Positions 49,398-59,256 are shown, numbered from the stretch's first letter. The stretch is 64,000 bases of DNA from an uncultured delta proteobacterium (GCA_963822965.1 CAWGJT010000005.1:192001-256000); one strand, 5' to 3'. The notes: generated by a model not told the origin, from the sequence alone. Program-made: numbers and translations.

Positions 49398-49967
49398 TCA
49401 CCTGGACGAGGCTTCCTTCGCCTCGGCGGCGGCCGCTTCCTCCTCCATCTTCTGGAGACGCGCTTCCGCCTCTTCCTCGCTCATGCGCAGCTGGATGATG
49501 CGCAGACTCCACTCCGGGCCGCCCTTCGTCTTCGCCTTCTCGAACGAGAAGATGACGTTCTTGTCCTTCGGCACCATGCTGAGGGCCTTCAGGAAGCCCT
49601 CCTTCGTGCCCGTGGTGTCGAGACCACCGCCGTCGAGGTTCTTGATCACCGTTCGCTTGAGGACGCTGCCCTCGGGCACGACGGCGAACTCGATGTCGGT
49701 GCCGCGCTTGATGCTCTTCGGCGCGGGGCCGCCCGCGACCGCGCCGGTGCCGGCGCGGCCGCTCACCTTCGTCTTCACGACCTTCACCTTGATGACGTTC
49801 TTCGCCTGGTCGTACTCGATGAAGCGGCCCTCGAGGCCGTAGCGCTCGCCCTTCTTCGCGATCGCCTCGATCGCCGGCAAGAGCAGCGCGCCGGCCACGA
49901 GGACGAGCAGCAGCGGCCGCGCGTGAATCGGTCCAAGCTTCTGTCCGACCTTCTGGATGGAGCTCAT
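49398..49967 (-). CDS. Hypothetical exported Lys-rich protein
   Basis: Signal-peptide-like LLLVLVAGALLLPAIEAIA; strongly biased codons; AAGGGGG RBS. Confidence 0.7.
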   Translation of the reverse strand: MSSIQKVGQKLGPIHARPLLLVLVAGALLLPAIEAIAKKGERYGLEGRFIEYDQAKNVIKVKVVKTKVSGRAGTGAVAGGPAPKSIKRGTDIEFAVVPEGSVLKRTVIKNLDGGGLDTTGTKEGFLKALSMVPKDKNVIFSFEKAKTKGGPEWSLRIIQLRMSEEEAEARLQKMEEEAAAAEAKEASSR

Positions 49968-50034
49968 GGCTTGCTTTCCCCCTTGCGCATTGCTGCGCCG
50001 TGTTCGCGCGCGCCGCGCGAACCGCGTGCGTCAC

Positions 50035-50097
50035 GCACCTCTGGCACCTCTGGCACCTCTGGCACTTCTCGTACCTCTGGCGCTTCTCGCACCTGGA
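50035..50097. repeat. 9-bp tandem repeat (GCACCTCTG), three perfect plus four degenerate copies
   Basis: Read directly; intergenic, upstream of the 49967 start. Confidence 0.85.
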
Positions 50098-50296
50098 TCA
50101 CGCCTGGATCCGGTCCGGTCGTCTCCGGATCGCGAGGGTGGGCCCGCGATGATGGTTTTCGGGGGCCGAACGATAGCCCGGATCCGCCACCCCGCCGGCC
50201 GCGGCGAACTGGGAATTCGCCGTCGGGCTTGCCCCCGGGGTCAGCCTCCCGGCCCGCCCGGATCGACCGGAGCGGTCATCCCGCAGAGAACGGCCT

Positions 50297-51538
50297 TCAG
50301 CCCCCCAGCACCGAGGGGTCGCGACACAGGTCCTTGGTGATGTTCTTGTGATGCGCCTCCAGCGTTCCGCCGCCGATCTCGAGCAGCTTCGCGTCCCGCC
50401 ACAGCCGCTGCACGACGTACTCGCCCATGTAGCCGTTGCCGCCCAGCACCTGCACCGCGGCGTCCGCGGCGCGCTTGGCGACCTGAGAGGCGAACAGCTT
50501 CGTCGCGTCTGCGTCGAGCCGCTGCCCCGTCTCGGACAGCGAGAGACGGCGCGCCGTGTCGTAGACGAAGGTCCGGGCCGCCCGATACTCGGCGAAGGAC
50601 TCCGCGACGTAGCGCTGGATCTGTCCGTGCTCCCGGATGGGAACGCCGAAGGTCTTTCGCTCGTTCGCGTAGCCGACCATCACGCGCAGGCAGCGTTCGG
50701 CGATGCCCACCGCCTGGGCGGCGAGGGTGAGCCGCTCGATCTCGAGGTTGCGCATCATGTGCAGGGTGCCCTGCCCCGGCTCGCCCAGCCGGTTGCGGGC
50801 GGGGATGGGCACGTCCTCGAAGACCAGCTCGGCGGTGAACGAGGCTCGCATGCCGAGCTTGTCCGTCCACTTCTGGCCCAGCGCGAAGCCGGGCATGCCC
50901 TTCTCGACGAGGAAGCTCGAGATCTCGCGCTCCCCCGTCCGCGCGTAGACGATGAAGACGTCGCCCAGGGTGTCCGCGTCGATGCCGCCGTTGGTGATGA
51001 ACGTCTTCGTGCCGTTCAGCACGTAGCCGTCACCGCGAGCGACGGCGGTCGTGCGGAGCGCGAGGACGTCGGTGCCGACCTCGGGCTCCGTCATGCACAG
51101 CCCCCCGATCCACTCGCCCGAGGCCGCCCGGGGCAGGATGCGGGCGCGCTGCTCGTCGTTGCCGTTGACCGCCAGGTTCTGTGCGAAGAGGATGCTGTGG
51201 GCCAGCACGGCGAGCCCGAACCCCGGGTCGGAGGTGGAGAGCACCTCGAGCAGCTGCACCGCCGCGACCGCGTCGAGACCGGCGCCTCCGAAGCGCTCGG
51301 GCAGCGTCACCCCCAGGAGCCCCAGCTCGCCGGCGCGGCGGAAGAGCGCGTGGTTGAACGTCTCCGTTCGGTCGTGCTCGGCGGCCTGGGGCTCGACCTC
51401 GCGCGCCGTGAACTCCCGCAGGGTGCGGGCGAACAGGGCGTGCTCGTCCGTGGGCGCGAAGAGATCGAGCTTTCGGAGCAGATCGTCCGGAGTCCCCGGC
51501 CCGGGGATCGGATCGGGGTCGGCGGCGGCGTCGCGCAA
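50297..51538 (-). CDS. Acyl-CoA dehydrogenase, isovaleryl-CoA dehydrogenase-like
   Basis: MTEPEVGTD, LNGTKTFITNG, KLGMRAS.T.ELVFED, LEIER, LGGNGY, RDAKLLEIGGGT. Confidence 0.9.
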   Translation of the reverse strand: MRDAAADPDPIPGPGTPDDLLRKLDLFAPTDEHALFARTLREFTAREVEPQAAEHDRTETFNHALFRRAGELGLLGVTLPERFGGAGLDAVAAVQLLEVLSTSDPGFGLAVLAHSILFAQNLAVNGNDEQRARILPRAASGEWIGGLCMTEPEVGTDVLALRTTAVARGDGYVLNGTKTFITNGGIDADTLGDVFIVYARTGEREISSFLVEKGMPGFALGQKWTDKLGMRASFTAELVFEDVPIPARNRLGEPGQGTLHMMRNLEIERLTLAAQAVGIAERCLRVMVGYANERKTFGVPIREHGQIQRYVAESFAEYRAARTFVYDTARRLSLSETGQRLDADATKLFASQVAKRAADAAVQVLGGNGYMGEYVVQRLWRDAKLLEIGGGTLEAHHKNITKDLCRDPSVLGG

Positions 51539-51565
51539 GGGAGCCTCCCGGGTTGCGCGACGAGT

Positions 51566-52261
51566 CTATCCGGTCGTCGAGCCGCCCGCAGGATCCCGCG
51601 ATAGGGCGGTCACCACGAAGGCCGCGATGGCCTGCCGGATGCGGGGAGAGATCGAGCTGAACACGAGCCCGAGGTCCGGCAGCAGCTGGTAGGCGGTCTC
51701 GGCCCGCACGTGCACGGTGCCCACCCCGGGCAGATCGAAGGCGAGCTGCAGCGCGGTGCCGAGGGGCACGGTCTCGGAGCCGTGCAGCAGGCAGCCGTTC
51801 TCCGACAGCGACACGACCTCGGCGTTCCACTCGCGTCCCGAGCGGCGGCACACCGCGGGCAGCCGCGTCGCCACCCGCAACGACGTGCGCGGGCGGTCCT
51901 CGAGAACCTGCTGCAGCACGCGATAGAGGTCGTGCATGCCCACCGGCGGCTTCACCGCCGCGACGACGCGCGGATCCACGTCCCGATCGGCGCCGCTTCG
52001 GGTCAGGAGCACGACGGGAACGCGCGGCTCGGCGTCCCCGGGAGCGGGCAGCTCCCGCAGCCGGGCCTCGTCCACGAGGAAGAGATCGGGAAGGTGACGC
52101 GCGTCACCTTCGTCGCCCTCACGCCGGCGCCGCTTCTCGAAGCGTTCCGGCGAAACGATCTCGTACCCGAGACGGGCCAGGATCGGCACCGTCCCCTCGG
52201 CGAAGCCGTCAGCGCTCGCGTAGGCCACGAGGATGCGACACGGCAGGGAATGCGGGGGCAT
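51566..52261 (-). CDS. PilZ-domain protein with degenerate receiver-like N-terminus
   Basis: RTSLR (RxxxR) and SLSENG (variant of D/NxSxxG); PDLFLVD..VPVVLLT..KP receiver remnants. Confidence 0.75.
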   Translation of the reverse strand: MPPHSLPCRILVAYASADGFAEGTVPILARLGYEIVSPERFEKRRRREGDEGDARHLPDLFLVDEARLRELPAPGDAEPRVPVVLLTRSGADRDVDPRVVAAVKPPVGMHDLYRVLQQVLEDRPRTSLRVATRLPAVCRRSGREWNAEVVSLSENGCLLHGSETVPLGTALQLAFDLPGVGTVHVRAETAYQLLPDLGLVFSSISPRIRQAIAAFVVTALSRDPAGGSTTG

Positions 52262-52356
52262 GGCGCTCTGGATCGGCCCGATCGACCGCCGAGTTGAGTG
52301 ACTTCATCACTCGCAAAGCCGTGACCTGCACACAGGATTCGATAGAATTGCCACCC

Positions 52357-53100
52357 GTGGAGCCCGATCGCAATCTGGCATCGTGGCTGATCGCGCATCG
52401 TCGCGAGATCGAGAGCCTCATGAAGGTGCGGCTCGGGCCCGCCGCGCCGAACCCGGGCTCTCCCGAGAGCGAGGCGCTGCGCCGCTTCCGCAGCTTCCTG
52501 TGCGCGGCGCTGGTCCGCGGCGCGGGCTCGGCGCCCGCCCTCGACGGGCTTCGCCTCAACGAACGCCGCGTGATGGCGCTGCTCGAAGCGTGGACCGCGG
52601 CCGCCGCCGGCACCCTCGAGACCCAACCGCCCGCGGACCTCCGCCGGCTCCTGCAGCCCTTCCTGGATCAGTTCCGGCTCTCGATCCGCACCACCAGCAA
52701 CGGACGCCGGGAGCGCGGGCGGCCCCGGGCCACGCGGCGGGCCGTGTCGGCGGCCATCGACCGGGTGGCGGACGCCTTCCTGGCGATCGACACGGGGACC
52801 GGCGAGATCGTGGACGCGAACCCGGCCGCGGGCTCGCTGCTCGGCGTGAATCGCGACGCCCTGCTGGGCGTGGACGCCTTCTCGTTCGTTCCCCGCACCG
52901 GCCACGCCGGCTGGTGGACCCAGCTCGACGCCATGAGCGAGGACGGCGACACGCGCAGCTTCCTGGCGCGCCTGGTGGATGCCAGCGGGGGGCCGCTCGA
53001 GGTGGATGCGACGATGACCCGCTTCGCGTCACGGGGGCGGGTGCTGGCCCTCTTGATGGTGCGGCCGCGCCCCCTCGCCCCGCCTCTTACGGTGAGCTGA
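52357..53100 (+). CDS. PAS-domain protein with helical N-terminal domain
   Basis: DAFLAID..TGEIVDANPAA..LLG....LLG PAS signature. TAGAAT -10 box 8 nt before GTG. Confidence 0.78.
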   Translation: MEPDRNLASWLIAHRREIESLMKVRLGPAAPNPGSPESEALRRFRSFLCAALVRGAGSAPALDGLRLNERRVMALLEAWTAAAAGTLETQPPADLRRLLQPFLDQFRLSIRTTSNGRRERGRPRATRRAVSAAIDRVADAFLAIDTGTGEIVDANPAAGSLLGVNRDALLGVDAFSFVPRTGHAGWWTQLDAMSEDGDTRSFLARLVDASGGPLEVDATMTRFASRGRVLALLMVRPRPLAPPLTVS

Positions 53101-53306
53101 AGGCTCTTACGGTGAGCTGAAGGCTCTTACGGTGAGCTGAAGGCTCTTACGGTGAGCTGAAGGCTCTTACGGTGAGCTGAAGGCTCTTACGGTGAGCTGA
53201 AGGCTCTTACGGTGAGCTGAAGGCTCTTACGGTGAGCTGAAGGCTCTTACGGTGAGCTGAAGGCTCTTACGGTGAGCTGAGGGCTCTTACGGTGAGCTGA
53301 AGGCTC
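53084..53306. repeat. Tandem array of a 20-bp unit CTCTTACGGTGAGCTGAAGG, 11 copies plus a partial
   Basis: Read directly; no spacers; a single variant base at 53281. The first copy contains the PAS gene stop codon. Confidence 0.97.
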
Positions 53307-53310
53307 GGGG

Positions 53311-54708
53311 TCAGTACTTCCGGATCGCCTCGGCGAGGGCGATGACCACCTTCTTCGCGTCGCCGAAGATCATCATCGTGTTGTCGTTGTAGAAGAGCTG
53401 GTTCTCGATGCCCGCGAAGCCCGGGTTCATGCTGCGCTTGATCACGAACACGTGCTGCGCTCGGTCGACGTCGAGGATCGGCATGCCGTAGATGGGGCTG
53501 CCCTTCTCGGTGCGCGCGGCCGGGTTCACCACGTCGTTCGCACCGATCACCAGCGCCACGTCCGTCTCGGAGAACTGGGGGTTGATCTCGTCCATCTCGA
53601 TGAGCTTGTCGTAGGGGACGTCCGCCTCCGCCAGCAGCACGTTCATGTGACCGGGCATGCGACCCGCCACCGGGTGGATCGCGAAGGTCACGTCGATCCC
53701 CTTCTCGGTGAGCGTGTCCGCGAGGTCGCGAACGGCGTGCTGCGCCTGGGCGACGGCCATGCCGTAGCCCGGCACCACGATGCACGAGCGGGCGTTCGAG
53801 AAGATGACCGCCGCGTCCTCGGACGTGTACGCCTTCACGTTTCCGCGATGCACGGCCTCGGCCCCGCCGGCCGACGCCGCGGGTGCGGCGCCGAAGGCGC
53901 CGAAGAGGACGTTGGTGAGCGATCGGTTCATCGCATCGCACATGATCTTCGTGAGGATGATCCCCGACGCGCCCACCAGGGCGCCGCTCACCACCAGGGC
54001 GCTGTTGTCGAGGACGAAGCCCGTCGCACAGGCCGCGAGGCCCGAATACGAGTTCAGGAGCGAGATCACCACCGGCATGTCCGCACCGCCGATGGGGATC
54101 ACCAGTAGGACGCCCAGCAGCAGCGAGAGCCCCATCAGCGCCCAGAAGGCGGTCAGCTGGGTCGGATCCGTCGCCACCATGAAGCACAGGCCGAAGCCCA
54201 CCAGGGCGATCAGCCCGTTCACCACCTGCTGGCCGGGATAGGTGATGGGCGCGGTGGTCATCACCTCCTGGAGCTTCGCGAAGGCGATGAGGCTGCCCGT
54301 GAGGGTCACCGAGCCGATCAGCACGGACAGGACGATGGCCGTGGGCACGATGCCCGTGGGCGTGACGCCCTTGTCGACGACGTTGGCGATCAGGTCGGCG
54401 CCGGCCACCAGCGCCGAGGCCGCGCCGCCCAGGCCGTTCAGCAGCGCCACCATCTGGGGCATGGCGGTCATCGCCACGCGCAGGGCCACGAACACGCCCG
54501 CGGCGGCGCCGAGGGCGGCGCCCGCGGCGATCCAGCGCAGGTCGACGACCTCGGATTCGGCCAGCGTCGCCAGGACCGCGATCAGCATGCCGACCGCCGC
54601 GATCAAATTGCCGCGCGGCGCGGACTTCGGCGACGAGAGCATGCGCAGACCGAGGATGAAGAGAACCGCGGCGAGCAGGTAGGCGAGCTGGATCAGCGTG
54701 CTGTTCAC
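53311..54708 (-). CDS. pntB: NAD(P) transhydrogenase subunit beta
   Basis: MPQMVA.LNG.GG, IGGADMPVVISLLNSYSG, PGYGMAVAQAQH, HPVAGRMPGHMNVLLAEA, GANDVVNP. Confidence 0.97.
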   Translation of the reverse strand: MNSTLIQLAYLLAAVLFILGLRMLSSPKSAPRGNLIAAVGMLIAVLATLAESEVVDLRWIAAGAALGAAAGVFVALRVAMTAMPQMVALLNGLGGAASALVAGADLIANVVDKGVTPTGIVPTAIVLSVLIGSVTLTGSLIAFAKLQEVMTTAPITYPGQQVVNGLIALVGFGLCFMVATDPTQLTAFWALMGLSLLLGVLLVIPIGGADMPVVISLLNSYSGLAACATGFVLDNSALVVSGALVGASGIILTKIMCDAMNRSLTNVLFGAFGAAPAASAGGAEAVHRGNVKAYTSEDAAVIFSNARSCIVVPGYGMAVAQAQHAVRDLADTLTEKGIDVTFAIHPVAGRMPGHMNVLLAEADVPYDKLIEMDEINPQFSETDVALVIGANDVVNPAARTEKGSPIYGMPILDVDRAQHVFVIKRSMNPGFAGIENQLFYNDNTMMIFGDAKKVVIALAEAIRKY

Positions 54709-54998
54709 GGCCGGTCCTTCCGCTTGAACATGGCGAGCATGCGGTCGGTCACCAGGAAGCCGCCGACCACGTTGAAGGTGGCGAAGGCCGTCGCGAAGAA
54801 CCCCAGGAGGGTGGCGGTGAGACCGTGCTCGCTGCCCGCGGCCAGGATCGCGCCCACGATGCTGATGCCCGAGATCGCGTTCGAGCCGGACATGAGCGGG
54901 GTGTGGAGCAGCGGGGGCACCTTCGAGATCACCTCGAAGCCCACGAAGAAGGCAAGCACCAGAATCGTCAGGGCCGCAACGGCCGGAACCTCGAGCAT
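54705..54998 (-). CDS. pntA: NAD(P) transhydrogenase subunit alpha part 2 (membrane)
   Basis: VPPLLHTPLMSGSNAISG, NVVGGFLVTDRML.MF. Confidence 0.95.
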   Translation of the reverse strand: MLEVPAVAALTILVLAFFVGFEVISKVPPLLHTPLMSGSNAISGISIVGAILAAGSEHGLTATLLGFFATAFATFNVVGGFLVTDRMLAMFKRKDRP

Positions 54999-56167
54999 CA
55001 GCCCTCCGCCGGACCGGCGCCCAGCAGGCTCCGGACCCTCTCGTTCACGACGTTTCCCTCGTGGCTGATCAACGTCCCGCTGGTGATCTCGTCCTCGAGG
55101 TCGATCTTGAGCCGCCCTTCCTCGAGCAGGTGCTGCAGGAAGGTGACCACGTTCCTGGCATAGAGCTGGCTCGCGTGCGCGGGCACCCGCGACGGCAGGT
55201 TCGTGGGGCCCATGACGGTCACGCCGTGGGCGATGATCACCTGGTCGGCCTGGGTGCAGGCGCAGTTGCCGCCCTTCTCGGCCGCCAGGTCCACGATCAC
55301 CGAGCCGGGGCGCATGGCCTTCACGGCGGCCTCCTCGATCAGCAGCGGCGCCTGCTGGCCGGGGACCAGGGCGGTCGTGATGACCACGTCCGACTTCGCG
55401 ACGTGCTCTCCCAGCAGCTCCCGCTGCCGCTGGTAGAACTCCTCGGTCTGCGCCTTCGCGTAGCCCCCGGCGTCCTCGGAGCCGCCCGTGTCCAGGTCGA
55501 GCTCGACGAAGCGCGCGCCCAGGCTCTGCACCTGCTCCTTGACCACGGGCCGCGTGTCGTAGCCGGACGTGACCGCACCGAGCCGCTTGGCGGTGCCCAG
55601 GGCCTGGAGCCCCGCCACGCCCGCCCCGATCACCAGCAGCTTCGACGGCTTCAGGGTGCCGGCCGCGGTGACCATCATGGGGAAGATGCGCGGCAGCGCG
55701 CCGGCGGCCATCAGCACCGCCTCGTAGCCCGCGAGACTGCTCTGGGACGAGAGCGCGTCCATCGCCTGGGCGCGCGTGATGCGCGGCATGAACTCCATCG
55801 CGAACGCGGTGATCCGCCGCTTGGCGAGGCGCTCGGCCAGCTGGGGCTCGTCCAGGGGTTTCAGAAGCGAGATGAGCGCGGCACCTTCGGTGATCAGGTC
55901 CACCTCGTGCGACGCGTCGCCCGATCCCAGAGGCTGCGGGGGCTGCACCTTCAGGATGACATCTGCACCGCCGAGCACCTGGGCCGCGGTCTGGGCGAGC
56001 CGCGCGCCGGCATTCTCGTACTCGCCGTCGATGTGGCCGGACTCCACGCCCGCGCCACTCTGCACGAGCACTTCGACTCCCGCGTCGACGAGGGTCTTCA
56101 CCGCTGCCGGCTCCAACGCCACGCGGCGTTCGCCCGCTAGAACTTCCCGAGGGATTCCGATGATCAC
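54998..56167 (-). CDS. pntA: NAD(P) transhydrogenase subunit alpha part 1 (soluble dI)
   Basis: GERRVA, PRITRAQAMDALSSQ, GAGVAGLQA, GGYAK, DLAAEKGGNC. Confidence 0.95.
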   Translation of the reverse strand: MIIGIPREVLAGERRVALEPAAVKTLVDAGVEVLVQSGAGVESGHIDGEYENAGARLAQTAAQVLGGADVILKVQPPQPLGSGDASHEVDLITEGAALISLLKPLDEPQLAERLAKRRITAFAMEFMPRITRAQAMDALSSQSSLAGYEAVLMAAGALPRIFPMMVTAAGTLKPSKLLVIGAGVAGLQALGTAKRLGAVTSGYDTRPVVKEQVQSLGARFVELDLDTGGSEDAGGYAKAQTEEFYQRQRELLGEHVAKSDVVITTALVPGQQAPLLIEEAAVKAMRPGSVIVDLAAEKGGNCACTQADQVIIAHGVTVMGPTNLPSRVPAHASQLYARNVVTFLQHLLEEGRLKIDLEDEITSGTLISHEGNVVNERVRSLLGAGPAEG

Positions 56168-56341
56168 GAGCGGGCTCCAGCTTCGAGTCCGAGGTCGCGC
56201 GCGGCCGGGCCGGCGGCGATCCTGGCTTTGCGTCCGGTCTCTTGGTTTGGGTCCGGTAGTGGATCCCGGGCCCGAGCCGTTCCACCGGAGGGTGGAGCCG
56301 GGCCGAGGCGGGACCTTACCGGCGAAGCACGGGGACTGCCA

Positions 56342-57166
56342 ATGAGGAAACCCGGAATGTCGGGCGCCGAAGAGGCCGATTGGGAGGCCTCCGGGGCCTC
56401 GGCGCGCGTGCTGGTGGGGCGTCTCGGCCCCCATCCGGCGACCCGGCTGGGACTCGATCTCGACGAGGGAGACGAGGACGACCTGGGGCGGTGGCTGGTG
56501 GCCAGCATCGTGCTGGGCGGGCGGGTGCCCGAGCCTGTCGCCCTCGCCGCCTGCGGTCGCCTGGCGGCGTCCGGCCTCGCGACGCCCGCGGCCGTCGCCG
56601 GCGGAGAGCACGCGGCGATCGAGCATCTGCTCGACGAAGCCCGTCTGCCGAAGAGCGAAGCCACCGCGGCCCTGCTCGTGCGCGTCTGCCGAGCGCTCGT
56701 CGCGCAGCACGGCGGCGCCATCGAGCCTCTCGCGTCGGGCGCCGACGACCTCGAGTCCCTGGCCCACCGGCTCTCGCGACTCGCGCCGGGCTTCGGACGC
56801 GCCGCGGTGCTGCGCTTCCTGACGCCCCTGCGCACCCGCTGGAGCGCCGCCGGCGACCTGCCCGCGACACCCGCAGTGTGCGCGGCGGCCCGCGACCTGG
56901 GCTTCCTGTCGGAGACCCAGGACGAGCAGGCCGCACCCGCGAGCCTGGCCCGCTGGCTCTCGGGCAGTGGATCGCGCGGCGACGGCGCGTCCGAGCCCAC
57001 GGACGCCCGAGGCTTCGTGCCGGCGCCGCGCGATCTCGAGGCCGCCCTCGGCCGCCTGGGGCGGGCGGCCTGCTTGCGAGGTCGTGTGGCACGCTGTCTG
57101 CTGGGCTCCGCCTGTCCGCGAAGATCCGCGACGCGTGGGATGCCCGGCGAGGAGCCCTTCGAATGA
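56342..57166 (+). CDS. Hypothetical protein, degenerate HhH-GPD-like fold
   Basis: WLVASIVLGGRV..G..TP..LLDE, APGFG hairpin-like motif, FL..LR..W, C-terminal three-Cys cluster. Confidence 0.55.
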   Translation: MRKPGMSGAEEADWEASGASARVLVGRLGPHPATRLGLDLDEGDEDDLGRWLVASIVLGGRVPEPVALAACGRLAASGLATPAAVAGGEHAAIEHLLDEARLPKSEATAALLVRVCRALVAQHGGAIEPLASGADDLESLAHRLSRLAPGFGRAAVLRFLTPLRTRWSAAGDLPATPAVCAAARDLGFLSETQDEQAAPASLARWLSGSGSRGDGASEPTDARGFVPAPRDLEAALGRLGRAACLRGRVARCLLGSACPRRSATRGMPGEEPFE

Positions 57167-58011
57167 GTGGAACGAGTCGAACGAGCCGGATGAGCCCGCG
57201 CCGGCACGGCCCGCGCGGCCGGAAGGCCGGCCTTCGCATTGCGGGCGTCCTGCTGGCTCTCGCCGCGCTGGCGACGCCCGCCCCGAGCCGGGCGGAGCCG
57301 CCCCCCGACGTCTGGGCCGCGTGGGCGGAGATCCTGTCGGCCCACACCCGCGCGGTGGACTCGACGGTCGGCACCACCGTCGACTACCGCGCGCTCTCGA
57401 GCCCTCCGGTCGCCGCGAGCTGGCGCGCCCTGGTGGACGGCCTGGCCGTGCTCCCCGCTCCCACGAGCCGCGCGGAGAAGCTCGCCCTCTGGATCAACGC
57501 CTACAACATCCTGGCCATCGACACCGTCGTACACAGCTACCCGATCGACAGCATTCGCGACGTGGGCAGCTTCCTGCGCCCGGTGTGGAAGCGCCGGGCC
57601 GGCGTCGTGGCGGGCCGCACGGTGAGCCTGGACGAGGTCGAGCACGCCATCCTGCGGCCCCTGGGCGATCCGCGCATGCACGCCGCCATCGTCTGCGCCT
57701 CGACGTCGTGCCCCTCCCTGCGCCGCGAGCCCTTCACGGCAGCGCGACTCGACGCCGAGCTCGACGGGGCCATGCGCGGCTGGCTCGCGAGCCCCACGAA
57801 GGGCCTTCGGATCGACCGCGAGGGGGAGCGCATCACCGTGAGCCGCATCTTCCACTGGTTCGCGGGGGACTTCGACGCCCTGGGCGGCGTCCGCGCCGTC
57901 GTCACTCGCTATGCGCCGGAAGCCGACCGCACCTGGCTGCAGCAGCATGCCGACGACGCGACCCTCGACTACTTCGACTACGACTGGTCGCTCAACGACT
58001 TCCGGCGCTGA
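57163..58011 (+). CDS. DUF547-domain exported protein
   Basis: VDY, EKLALWINAYN, LDEVEH.ILR, DPRMH.AIVCASTSCP.L, S.IF.WF..DF, YDWSLND; signal peptide. Confidence 0.9.
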   Translation: MSGTSRTSRMSPRRHGPRGRKAGLRIAGVLLALAALATPAPSRAEPPPDVWAAWAEILSAHTRAVDSTVGTTVDYRALSSPPVAASWRALVDGLAVLPAPTSRAEKLALWINAYNILAIDTVVHSYPIDSIRDVGSFLRPVWKRRAGVVAGRTVSLDEVEHAILRPLGDPRMHAAIVCASTSCPSLRREPFTAARLDAELDGAMRGWLASPTKGLRIDREGERITVSRIFHWFAGDFDALGGVRAVVTRYAPEADRTWLQQHADDATLDYFDYDWSLNDFRR

Positions 58012-58150
58012 ATCCCGGGATCGCGTCCCCCCAAGCGAGGGGACGCCCCGGGACGGCGTGGCAGCCCCCTGCGCCGGCTACTACTTTCCCCGCCCCGAGA
58101 ATCCGCCCCGCGACGTCCGTCCTGGGTCACCCAAAGCCGAGAGGGTCCCG

Positions 58151-59256
58151 ATGAGCTCCCCCCGCGTCATCCGCAAGAAGACCGGCAACTTCCTCGAGGA
58201 CTTCGAGCCGGGTCAGCTGCTCCGCCACAAGGGCGGCAAGACCATCACCGAGGGCCTCTTCGCCACCTTCAGCGACTTCTCCATGTCGACGAACCCCCTC
58301 ACCAAGAACGCCCGGGTACGCCCGGGCGCACGGCTTCGAGGGACTCGTCTGCTCCCCCGGTCTCGTGATGCTGGTGAGCTTCAGCCAGACCGTCGAGGAC
58401 ATCTCGGAGAACGCCCGCGCGAACCTCGAGTACATCGACATGCGCTTCGGCGCGCCGGTGTACGTGGGAGACACGATCGAGGTCGAGACGAAGATCCTCG
58501 GCGTCCGGACGTCCTCCAGCCGCCCCGACCTCGGCATCGTCCACGTCCAGTCGACGGCCCGGAAGAACGTCGGCGCCGCGGACGAGGCGATCGTCATGAC
58601 CTGGCAGCGAAAGGTGCAGGTCTACAAGGACGATCTGGACCGGTCGGTGGAGAGCTTCCAGGTCGAGCCCGACGAGGTGGCCTGCGAGCTGTGGCTGCCC
58701 GAGTACCGCCCGGCAACCGACTACAAGTCCCTCGCCCACCTGTTCCGCCCCGACGCCTACTACGAGGACCTCGAGCCCGGAACGCGCATCGAGCACTCGC
58801 GCGGGCGCACGGTCACCGACGAGCACATCCACCTGACGGGCATCCTCGACAACACGAGCCAGGTGCACTGCAACCAGCACATGATCGACCTCGATCCGTC
58901 CCGCTACCTGGGCGGCGAGCTGATCATCTTCGGCGGCATCCCCTTCGTGCTGTGTCTGGGCCTCTCCGGGCCCGACGTGGGCGACAACACCCTGGGCGAC
59001 GTCGTCTACCGGACCGGGCGCCACACGGCGCCGCTGCAGCGCGGGCGACACCGTGTTCGCCGCTACGGAGATCCTCTCGAAGAGCGACTACCCGGGCCGC
59101 CCGGACCTGGGCCTCGTCGAGACCCGACTGCTGGGCCACAAGTTCGTGCGCGAGGAGGGCGCCACGGGGCCCGACGCCCCGGACGGCTGGAAGAAGGTGC
59201 CCATCTTCGAGCTGGAGCGGCAGATCGCCGTCAAGCGCCGCAGCCACTACGCCTGA
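58151..59256 (+). CDS. mch: Mesaconyl-C1-CoA hydratase / beta-methylmalyl-CoA dehydratase-like double MaoC (apparent frameshifts near 58315 and 59040)
   Basis: K.GNFLEDF..GQ...H...TITEG, TVEDISENA.ANL.Y...RFGA.VY.GDT, and second half EH....NT..VH.N...I.GG, matching the Mch pattern as I recall it. Confidence 0.72.

Noticed and set aside
53084..53306. CRISPR array
   Set aside because: Identical units are contiguous with no unique spacers, the unit is only 20 bp, and there are no cas genes in the window.
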